A DNA stretch of 32,000 nt, from NCBI GenBank assembly GCA_051307355.1, contig JBPPLQ010000001.1:173644-205643 (forward strand). The letters run 5' to 3'. The notes under the pieces are model-generated. The model saw only the letters and a list, made by a program, of their open reading frames with translations, made no database searches and was not told the DNA's origin. The stretch comes from Candidatus Makana argininalis. GTDB lineage: Bacteria; Pseudomonadota; Gammaproteobacteria; Enterobacterales; Enterobacteriaceae. This document shows positions 21,937 through 30,152 of the stretch, in pieces. A program made the position numbers and the translations under genes. Position 1 is the stretch's first letter. Each line of letters opens with the position of its first letter.

Positions 21937-21945
21937 AAATATAAA

Positions 21946-22302
21946 TTATTCAAAATATTTTTTAGATTTTAAAACTAATTTTTCAAAAACATTTTTATCT
22001 GATATTGCAATTTCAGATAATATTTTTCTATTTATTATAATATTATAATTTTTTAATCCATTAATAAAACGACTATAAGAAATTCCATTTTGACGCGCAG
22101 CAGCATTTATACGTAATATCCATAATTTACGGAAATTTCTTTTTTTTTGTTTTCTATCTCTATACGCATATTGACCTGATTTTATAATTGATTGAAAAGC
22201 TACACGATAAACACGCGATCTTGCACCGTAATAACCTTTTGCTTTTTTCAAAATTTTTTTATGTCTTTTTCTAGCACTAACACTTCTTTTAATTCTAGAC
22301 AT
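21946..22302 (-). CDS. rplT: 50S ribosomal protein L20
   Basis: 118 aa. '[61 protein letters not shown]' matches E. coli L20. Confidence 0.96.
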   Translation of the reverse strand: MSRIKRSVSARKRHKKILKKAKGYYGARSRVYRVAFQSIIKSGQYAYRDRKQKKRNFRKLWILRINAAARQNGISYSRFINGLKNYNIIINRKILSEIAISDKNVFEKLVLKSKKYFE

Positions 22303-22347
22303 TAAATTGCTCCAAAACTTATTTAAAAAATAATTTTAAAAAATTAA

Positions 22348-22542
22348 TTAATAAGGTAAGCATTTAATTATTGATTTTATATCATTTTTAGATAATAAAG
22401 ATTTTTTTCTCAGATGTCTTTTTCTTTTAGTCGATTTTTTTGTTAAAATATGTCTAAGATTAGAACTTTTATGTTTAAATTTTCCAGATGATGTTTTTTT
22501 AAAACGTTTATAAGCACTTTTAAGAGTTTTTATTTTTTTCAT
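22348..22542 (-). CDS. rpmI: 50S ribosomal protein L35
   Basis: 64 aa basic protein. '[45 protein letters not shown]' matches the L35 family. It sits in the conserved infC-rpmI-rplT position. Confidence 0.93.
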   Translation of the reverse strand: MKKIKTLKSAYKRFKKTSSGKFKHKSSNLRHILTKKSTKRKRHLRKKSLLSKNDIKSIIKCLPY

Positions 22543-22617
22543 AAAATTTTTTTTTAATAAAAATTAATATAAATTTTTTAAATAAAAATTATTTATAATA
22601 ATTAATTTTTTAAAAAA

Positions 22618-23154
22618 TTATTTTTTAGGAGATAAAATCATTATAATTTGTTTTCCTTCAGGTATTTTAGAAAAATATTCTAATATTGATATTTTATTCA
22701 GATCATTTTTAATTTTATTTAATATTTTAATTCCAATGTCTTTATGAAATATTTCTCTACCCCTAAATATAATAGTGATTTTAACTTTATTGCCATTTTT
22801 TAAAAATTTAGATAAATTTTTAATTTTTATTTTATAATCATTTATATCTGTATTGAGACGAAATTTTATTTCTTTAATTTGTATTTTTTTTTGTTTCTTT
22901 TTTATATTTTTATAATTTCTTTTTTTCTCGTAAATAAATTTACCATAATCTATTATTTTACAAATTGTAGGATGTGAATTTGAATTAATTTCTACTAAAT
23001 CTACTCCAATTTCTTTAGCTTTTTGTAATGCTGTATTTATATCAACAATACCAATATATTTTCCATCAAAATCAGTAAGTCTTACTTGTGATTCACATAT
23101 TTCTTTATTGATACGAGTTTTACTTAATATTTTTATTTTTTTACAGTTTTTGAT
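22618..23154 (-). CDS. infC: translation initiation factor IF-3, non-canonical start codon (proposed ATC)
   Basis: Absent from the ORF track. Manual translation of the minus strand gives (I)KNCKKIKILSKTRINKEICESQVRLTDFDGKYIGIVDINTALQKAKEIGVDLVEINSNSHPTICKIIDYGKFIYEKKR...IKEIKFRLNTDINDYKIKIKNLSKFLKNGNKVKITIIFRGREIFHKDIG...PEGKQIIMILSPKK*. This is collinear with E. coli IF3. The only in-frame ATG/GTG/TTG is 7 codons before the stop. ATC at 23154-23152 aligns exactly with the E. coli AUU start. ATA at 23136 or 23130 are alternatives. Stop codon TAA at 22620-22618. Confidence 0.85.
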   Translation of the reverse strand: MKNCKKIKILSKTRINKEICESQVRLTDFDGKYIGIVDINTALQKAKEIGVDLVEINSNSHPTICKIIDYGKFIYEKKRNYKNIKKKQKKIQIKEIKFRLNTDINDYKIKIKNLSKFLKNGNKVKITIIFRGREIFHKDIGIKILNKIKNDLNKISILEYFSKIPEGKQIIMILSPKK

Positions 23155-23157
23155 TTT

Positions 23158-24399
23158 TTATTCCCCCATTTGATATAAATATCTATTCTCAATTTCTTTT
23201 TTAATATTATATATCATATTATTTATTTCTATTTGTTCTATTTTTTTTCCTTTACTTGTACGTAATGTAATATTATTTGATTTCATTTCTTTATTACCGC
23301 ATATTATTATATAAGGTATTTTGTTTAAAATATGATCTCTTATTTTATAACTTATATTTTTATTTCTTATATCCAATTTTGTTCTTATATTTAAATTTAA
23401 TAATTTTTTATTTAATTTTTTAACATATAAAATTTGTTCTTGTGTTATATTTAAAATTACAATTTGTGTTGGAGCTAACCATGTAGGATAATTACCTGCA
23501 AATTCTTCTGTTATGATACCAATAAATCTTTCTATTGAACCTAAAATAGCTCTGTGAATTATTATTGGTGTTATTTTTTTGTTATTTTTATCAATATAAA
23601 AAGATCCTAAACGATTAGGCAAAGAAAAGTCTATTTGAATAGTTCCACATTGCCAAAAACGATTGATACAATCAAGAAGAGTAAATTCTATTTTAGGTCC
23701 GTAAAATGCACCTTCTCCTTTTTTAAATTCAAATTTAATATTATTTTTATTTAATGTTGATATTAAATCTTGTTCTGCTTTTTTCCAATCTTCATCTTTA
23801 CCTATATATTTTTTTGGACGAGTAGATAATTTTACAAAAATTTTGTTTTTATTAAAACCAAATGTATTGTATATATCATATATCATTTTTATACAATCAT
23901 TTATTTCATTTTTTAATTGGCGTAATGTGCAAAAAATATGAGCATCATCTTGTGTAAAACCTCTTACTCTCATTAAACCATATAAAGAACCAGATGGTTC
24001 GTTTCTATGACAATAACCAAATTCTGCAATTTTAATTGGTAATTCTTTATATGAATTTAATTTATTATTAAATAATTGTATATGACCTAAACAATTCATA
24101 GGTTTAATACAATAATGTCTATTTTCTGATGAAGTTGTGAAAATATATTCAGAATAATTATCCCAATGACCTGTTTTTTCCCATAATTTTTTATCTATAA
24201 TTAATGGACTTTTAACTTCTTCGTATTTATATTTTTTTAACTTCATTCTAATAAATGATTCTATTTCATGAAAAATTATTAATCCAGAATTATGCCAAAA
24301 AACCATTCCTGGTGATTCTTCTTGAATATGATATAATCCTAAATTTTTTCCTATTTGTCTATGATCTCTATCAATAGGTTCTTTGAATTTTTTTATCAT
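23158..24399 (-). CDS. thrS: threonine--tRNA ligase, catalytic and anticodon-binding domains only (N-terminal TGS and editing domains absent)
   Basis: 413 aa versus 642 in E. coli. It begins '[37 protein letters not shown]', equivalent to about residue 230 of E. coli ThrRS ('[28 protein letters not shown]'). Zn ligand contexts are retained ('IKPMNCLGH', 'QDDAHIFC', 'IIHRAILGS'). An in-frame stop lies 14 codons upstream of the ATG, and nothing codes upstream of that. Confidence 0.93.
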   Translation of the reverse strand: [413 protein letters not shown]

Positions 24400-24691
24400 T
24401 TTATCCTGAAGTATAATATAATATTTATTCTTTAAAAAAGATTAAATAAAATTTAAAAAAAATTATAAATGTAATTAAATTAATATTAATAATTAATAAC
24501 ATCCATTATGTTATATTAAAATATTGTAATATAATATTATATTTATAATATATTAAAATATATTTAATTATATTAACATAAATATTAATTTTAATAATTT
24601 AATTATTAAATGAAATAAATTTGATAAGATATAAATATTAATTACAAAAATCATTAAATAATAAGTATTTTAATTTTATTAAAACAATCAA

Positions 24692-24723
24692 ACCCCATTA
24701 TTATTAAAAAAATTTAATGGGGT
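24692..24723 (-). terminator. intrinsic terminator downstream of cspC
   Basis: 9-bp stem ACCCCATTA (24692-24700) / TAATGGGGT (24715-24723) with a 14-nt loop. On the minus (sense) strand it is followed by UUUGAUUGUUUU. It lies about 50 nt after the cspC stop. Confidence 0.6.
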
Positions 24724-24775
24724 GATTATTTTATATTAATTTTAAATATAGTAAAAAATAATTAAAATTAAAATA

Positions 24776-24985
24776 TTATATAGTTGTTACGTTTATAGCT
24801 GAAGGACCCTTTTGACCATCTTGTATTTCAAATTCTACATTTTGTCCTTCTGTTAAAGTTTTAAATCCACTACCTTGAATAGCAGAAAAATGAACAAAAA
24901 CATCTTTACTACCATCTGTTGGGGTAATAAAACCAAAACCTTTAGATTCATTAAACCATTTCACTTGACCTTTTATCTTTGACAT
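24776..24985 (-). CDS. cspC: cold-shock-domain protein, CspC-like
   Basis: 69 aa: '[69 protein letters not shown]'. It is near-identical to E. coli CspC and closer to CspC than to CspE at 'GQV', 'QG.GF' and '[15 protein letters not shown]'. Its G+C is visibly higher than that of its neighbours. Confidence 0.9.
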   Translation of the reverse strand: MSKIKGQVKWFNESKGFGFITPTDGSKDVFVHFSAIQGSGFKTLTEGQNVEFEIQDGQKGPSAINVTTI

Positions 24986-25364
24986 ATTTTTTGCCTTTAT
25001 AATTTTATTTGAATTTAAACAATAAATAGTATATTAATTATAATGTTTTAGGAACCAAGATAAGAATCTGTAGAGAAGTGGTTATAAGAAATTTTTATTT
25101 TTTCTAAAAGTTTCTTTAAAAAATTAATACTCATATACAAAATCGTACCTCATTTAAATTTAAATTTTTATTACATACTTTTATAAAAATATCAAGTAAT
25201 TTTTTAAAAAAATAATAATATTAATATATTAAATTAAATTATAAATTATATATATTAAAAATATTAAAAATCTATCAATTATTATTGATTAATATAATAT
25301 TTATTATTAAATTAATTATATAATATATTAATATTTATTTTAATTTAAAATTAAAGAGTAATTT

Positions 25365-26327
25365 ATGATTAAAAAAATAGGTATTCTTACAAGCGGTGGA
25401 GATGCTCCTGGAATGAATGCAGCTATTAGAAGCATAGTTTATTATGGAATTTCACAAGAATTAAAAGTTTATGGAATATATGATGGTTATTTAGGTTTAT
25501 TTAAATCAAAAATAATTAGACTTTATAAAAGTTCTGTTTCAGATATTATTAATAAAGGTGGTACATTTTTAGGATCAGCAAGATTTAAAGAATTTAAAAA
25601 AAAAAAAAATCGTTTAATTTCTATAAATAATTTAATTAACTTAGGTATAGATTATTTAATAGTTATAGGAGGAAATGGATCTTATATAGGTGCAAAAAAA
25701 ATAAATGACATGGGTATTTCATGTATATGCTTACCTGGTACAATTGATAATGATATTTTTGGTACTGATTATACAATAGGGTATTTGACAGCATTAGAAA
25801 CTATTATTAAATCTATTGATAAATTACGTGATACATCTAAATCACATAATAGAATATCTATTGTAGAAGTTATGGGTAGATATTGTAGTGATTTAACCAT
25901 ATCATCTGCTGTAGCTAGTGGATGTGAGTTTATAATATTGAATAAATTTAATTTTAAACCAAAAGAAATAGTAATAAAAGTTAAAAATTATATAAATAAA
26001 ATAAAAAAACATGCAGTAATAATAATTACTGAACATATTTGTAATATTTATGAATTAGAAAAATATATAGAAAAAGAAACAGGAATTGAAACAAGAGCTA
26101 CTATTCTTGGTCATACACAAAGAGGAGGAAATCCTGTTGCTTATGATAGAATTTTAGCTTCAAGAATGGGAATTTATTCTATTGAACTAATTTTAAATGG
26201 ATATAAAAATTGTTGTATAGGAATTAAAAATAATAAAATAGTACATTATAATATAATAGATGCTATAGAAAATATTAAAAAATCATTAAATGACGAAATG
26301 TTAAAAACAATTAAAAAACTTACATAA
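25365..26327 (+). CDS. pfkA: ATP-dependent 6-phosphofructokinase
   Basis: 320 aa, the same length as E. coli PfkA. Matching motifs: '[22 protein letters not shown]', '[10 protein letters not shown]', 'VIGGNGSY', '[16 protein letters not shown]', 'VEVMGRYC', '[15 protein letters not shown]', 'DRILASRMG'. Confidence 0.96.
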   Translation: MIKKIGILTSGGDAPGMNAAIRSIVYYGISQELKVYGIYDGYLGLFKSKIIRLYKSSVSDIINKGGTFLGSARFKEFKKKKNRLISINNLINLGIDYLIVIGGNGSYIGAKKINDMGISCICLPGTIDNDIFGTDYTIGYLTALETIIKSIDKLRDTSKSHNRISIVEVMGRYCSDLTISSAVASGCEFIILNKFNFKPKEIVIKVKNYINKIKKHAVIIITEHICNIYELEKYIEKETGIETRATILGHTQRGGNPVAYDRILASRMGIYSIELILNGYKNCCIGIKNNKIVHYNIIDAIENIKKSLNDEMLKTIKKLT

Positions 26328-26364
26328 AGTTTAAAAAATTTATATTTTTTAAACTTTATGTAAG
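26319..26364. terminator. bidirectional intrinsic terminator between convergent pfkA and metG
   Basis: Perfect 21-bp inverted repeat CTTACATAAAGTTTAAAAAAT (26319-26339) / ATTTTTTAAACTTTATGTAAG (26344-26364) with the 4-nt loop TTAT. It is flanked by T6 on the plus strand (26365-26370) and by T6 on the minus strand (complement of 26313-26318). The left arm includes the pfkA stop codon (26325-26327). Confidence 0.65.
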
Positions 26365-26381
26365 TTTTTTATTAAAATAAT

Positions 26382-28058
26382 TTAAATTTTACCTTCAAAA
26401 ATTTTTTTTAATTTATAAATTTTTTTTTTGCTAATTTTAAGAATTAAATTTTTTGAAAATGATTTTACTTTTATTTCATTTAATAACCAATATTGTTTTA
26501 AAAATGATTTTGAATTTGACCAATAATTTTTATTAATAGGTAAAATATTTTTTATATCTGAAGAAATTGTGGGAGTTATAGGATATAAAAGACAACTATA
26601 TACAAAAATTAACCATAGACAATTTTTTAAAATATTATGATACTTAATTAAATAAATATTTTTTTTTAACCATGGTTTTTTTTTAGTAAAATATTCATTA
26701 CCTATTTGCCACATTTTAATCATAATAGTACCTGATTTTCTATATTCTAATTTATGCATATAATAATCATATTTATAAATATATTTTATTATAATATTGA
26801 TTAATTTATTATCTGGAATATAACCATAACTAAGAATACCATTATAATTATAAATTATAATGGATGTTAATCTATTAACAAAATTTCCAAGACTATTTGA
26901 TAAGTTATTAACTATATTAGACATTAAATTAAAAGAAAAATCAGAATCACTGGATTCAGGAATCATACAAAAAAGAGTATATCTCCAATAATCAGAAGGA
27001 AAAAAATTAAGTGCTTTATCTGTAAATATGCCACGATTTAAACTTGTAGAAAATTTTTTTCCTTCATATGTTAACCAATTTAATCCTTTTATAATATTAG
27101 GCAAAGTCCATTTTTCTTTTGTAGCAATCATAATAGATGGTAAAAATATTGAATGAAAAAAAATATTATCTTTTGCCATAAATTGTATTAAATCTACGTT
27201 TTTTTTATTTTTCCACCATGTTTTCCATAAATCATCATCATGTTTTTTAAATGCAAATTCTTGAGTGAAACTAATATATCCTAAAATTGCATCAAACCAT
27301 ACATAAAAAACTTTATTTTCAAATCCTAATTTTGGTACTTTCACACCCCATATTAAATCTCTTGTTATACATCTAGGTTTAATCTTTTCTGATATCCATT
27401 TTTTAGCAATTCTTTGTGTTATAAATGACCAATAAGAATTTTTTTTAATCCAATATTTTAATTTATTTTCTATATTTTTAAAATTAAAGAATAAATGTTC
27501 ACTATTTAATAATTTTAAAGTACTAAAAGGATTTATAACAGATCTAGGTTTGATTAATTCATTAATATTAAAAATAGAATTACAATTATCACATTGATCA
27601 CCACGTGCATTATAAAAATTACAAAATGGACATTTTCCTTCTATATAACGATCAGGGAGGAATCTTTTCTCTTCTATAGAATATATTTGTTTGATGTATT
27701 TAGAAAATATAAATCCATTATTATCTAAAGTATTAAAAATACTTTTTACAAATTTATGATGAAATAAAGAAGATGTTCTACCAAAAAAATCGAAACTGAT
27801 ATTGAATTTTTTGTAAATATTTTTTTGTAAAATGTAATATTTTTCACAAAATTTATTTATTGTTATTTTTTTTTTAATTGCACTTATTTCAGCTGGTGTT
27901 CCATGTTCATCTGTTCCACAAATAAATAATACATCATATTGTTGTTGACGAAAGTATCTTGCACATATATCAGCAGGCAAAATTGATCCTATTAAATTAC
28001 CTAAATGTTTAATTCCATTAATATATGGAAGAGAACTTGTAATTAATTTTTTTTTCAT
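26382..28058 (-). CDS. metG: methionine--tRNA ligase, short form without the C-terminal tRNA-binding/dimerisation domain; motifs resemble the eukaryote/spirochaete/archaeal-like subfamily
   Basis: 558 aa. HIGH region 'SSLPYINGIKHLGNLIG', then 'FICGTDEHGTP' and a single Zn knuckle 'CPFCNFYNARGDQCDNCNS'. Further motifs: 'IKPRCITRDLIWGVKVP', 'NKVFYVWFDAILGYIS', 'QFMAKDNIFFHS', KMSKS equivalent 'KFSTS', 'PESSDSDFSF', 'LGNFVNR'. Confidence 0.93.
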   Translation of the reverse strand: MKKKLITSSLPYINGIKHLGNLIGSILPADICARYFRQQQYDVLFICGTDEHGTPAEISAIKKKITINKFCEKYYILQKNIYKKFNISFDFFGRTSSLFHHKFVKSIFNTLDNNGFIFSKYIKQIYSIEEKRFLPDRYIEGKCPFCNFYNARGDQCDNCNSIFNINELIKPRSVINPFSTLKLLNSEHLFFNFKNIENKLKYWIKKNSYWSFITQRIAKKWISEKIKPRCITRDLIWGVKVPKLGFENKVFYVWFDAILGYISFTQEFAFKKHDDDLWKTWWKNKKNVDLIQFMAKDNIFFHSIFLPSIMIATKEKWTLPNIIKGLNWLTYEGKKFSTSLNRGIFTDKALNFFPSDYWRYTLFCMIPESSDSDFSFNLMSNIVNNLSNSLGNFVNRLTSIIIYNYNGILSYGYIPDNKLINIIIKYIYKYDYYMHKLEYRKSGTIMIKMWQIGNEYFTKKKPWLKKNIYLIKYHNILKNCLWLIFVYSCLLYPITPTISSDIKNILPINKNYWSNSKSFLKQYWLLNEIKVKSFSKNLILKISKKKIYKLKKIFEGKI

Positions 28059-28251
28059 ATTTTTTATTTTAACGTAAAATATTTTTAAAAATTATATTAA
28101 ATTAAAAATTTAAATATTATTGATATTAATTTATAATTTTTTAAATTTATTTATTAATATTTTATTATTATTAATATATACTAAATTATTAATTTATTAA
28201 AATAAGTAAATAAATTTATAAATTTTTAAAAATAAAATATAAGGAAAAATA

Positions 28252-29979
28252 TTGAATATTAATAAGTTAATTTCTAAAAAAATTGAAAATATTTTTTTAT
28301 TATTTGGATTAAAAAATAATTATTTAATAAATATTAATCAAACAAATATAGAAAAATTTGGAAATTATCAATGTAATTTTATTATATTTATTGCTAAAAA
28401 ATTTGGTATTGATGCTATTATTTTAGCTAAAAAATTAATTTATTTTATAAAATTAAACGGTATAGTTGAGAAAATTGATATTATATATCCAGGTTTTATT
28501 AATTTTTTTATAAATATAAAATATACAGAAAATTTAATTTTAAATTATATTCTATCTAATAGAATTGGAATAAAAAAAATAAAATCTAAAAATATAGTAA
28601 TAGATTACTCTTCTCCAAATATAGCAAAAGAAATGCATGTAGGACATTTAAGATCCACAATTATAGGTGATGCTTATTATAGAATTATGTTATTTTTAGG
28701 TTTAAATGTTATAAAAGCAAATCATATAGGTGATTGGGGTACACAATTTGGAATGTTAATAGCATATATAGTTAAAAAAAAAATTAAAAAATCTAAAATA
28801 AAAATTACTTATTTAGAAAATTTTTATTGTTTAGCAAAAATTAGTTATAAAAAAGATCCATTATTTTGTAAATTATCAAAAAAATATTTAGTAAAATTAC
28901 AAAATGGAGATAAATTTTGTATCAATTTATGGAAAAAAATACTTTTTAATAGTATACAAAATAATCAAAAAATTTATGATAAACTGAATGTTACATTAAA
29001 TAATAATGATATATGTGGTGAAAGTTTTTATAGTAATCTATTACCTTATATTATTGATGATTTAATAAAAAAAAAAATAGCTATAAATATTAATGGTAAT
29101 ATTATAATTTTTCTTGATGAATTTAAAAATAAAAATGGTAATAAAATGGGAGTTATTATTAAAAAAAATGATGGATCTTATTTATATAGTGCTATTGATA
29201 TTGCTTGTGCTAAATATAGATATGAAATTTTAAAAGCTAATAAAATTATATATTTTGTTGATTCTCGTCAAACTCAATATTTAATGCAAATTTTTAAAAT
29301 AGTAAAAAAAGCTGGATATGTACCTAAACATGTTTATATGAAACATTATATGTTTGGAATGATGTTAAATAAAAATGGAAAACCGTTTAAAACAAGAAAT
29401 GGGTGTAATATAAAACTTAATAAGTTTTTGAATGAATCTATATTACATGCAAAAATTTTAATTAAAAATAAAAATCCTAATATTAAAAAAAAAGAACTAG
29501 AAAAATTATCTAAAATAATTGGAATAGGATCAATAAAATATAATGATTTATCTAGAAATCGTATTAATAATTATATATTTAATTGGAATAATATGTTAAA
29601 TTTTAATGGTAATACATATATATATATTCAGTATGCATATGCTAGAATTTCTTCAATAATAGAACGTAATTTTAAAAATAAAAAAATTATAATATCTATT
29701 ATTAATGTTAAAAATAAATATGAAATAAAATTAGCAAATAAATTAATTCAATTAGAAGAAATATTAATTTCAGTATATAACAATGCAACACTTAATATTT
29801 TATGTTCTTATCTTTATAATATTTCTGTATTATTTTCTTATTTTTATGAAAAATGTTCTATTATTAATTCTAAAAATTTAAAAAAAATTAATAGTAGAAT
29901 TAAATTAATATTACTTACAAGAAAAACTTTAAAATTAGGACTAAAATTATTAGGAATTAAAACATCAAACATAATGTAA
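28252..29979 (+). CDS. argS: arginine--tRNA ligase
   Basis: 575 aa versus 577 in E. coli. Matching motifs: 'VIDYSSPNIAKEMHVGHLRSTIIGDA', 'ANHIGDWGTQFGMLIA', 'DGSYLYSAIDIACAKYRYE', 'MFGMMLNKNGKPFKTRNG', 'IGIGSIKYNDLS', 'YIQYAYARI'. The start is TTG at 28252, preceded by AAGGAAAAATA. It aligns with E. coli 'MNIQALLSEK'. Confidence 0.95.
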   Translation: MNINKLISKKIENIFLLFGLKNNYLININQTNIEKFGNYQCNFIIFIAKKFGIDAIILAKKLIYFIKLNGIVEKIDIIYPGFINFFINIKYTENLILNYILSNRIGIKKIKSKNIVIDYSSPNIAKEMHVGHLRSTIIGDAYYRIMLFLGLNVIKANHIGDWGTQFGMLIAYIVKKKIKKSKIKITYLENFYCLAKISYKKDPLFCKLSKKYLVKLQNGDKFCINLWKKILFNSIQNNQKIYDKLNVTLNNNDICGESFYSNLLPYIIDDLIKKKIAININGNIIIFLDEFKNKNGNKMGVIIKKNDGSYLYSAIDIACAKYRYEILKANKIIYFVDSRQTQYLMQIFKIVKKAGYVPKHVYMKHYMFGMMLNKNGKPFKTRNGCNIKLNKFLNESILHAKILIKNKNPNIKKKELEKLSKIIGIGSIKYNDLSRNRINNYIFNWNNMLNFNGNTYIYIQYAYARISSIIERNFKNKKIIISIINVKNKYEIKLANKLIQLEEILISVYNNATLNILCSYLYNISVLFSYFYEKCSIINSKNLKKINSRIKLILLTRKTLKLGLKLLGIKTSNIM

Positions 29980-30152
29980 ATATTATATATAAAAATAAAT
30001 TATTTTTATCTTAATTTTGTTAACATTTATTTTTAAAATATTTTATATATTTTAAAATTAAAAAATTATTAATTTTTAATTAATATAATATTTTTCTTAA
30101 AAATATATATTATTAATATATATCATATATAAATTAAATAAAAGGAAAAAAT

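Noticed and set aside
24400-24691. Possible small RNA, ThrRS operator or decayed thrS 5' coding region between the cspC terminator and the thrS start
   Set aside because: The sequence is nearly pure A/T. I could see no stable stem-loops, no anticodon-arm mimic (xGU loop) and no translatable remnant. It is kept only as context in the thrS finding.
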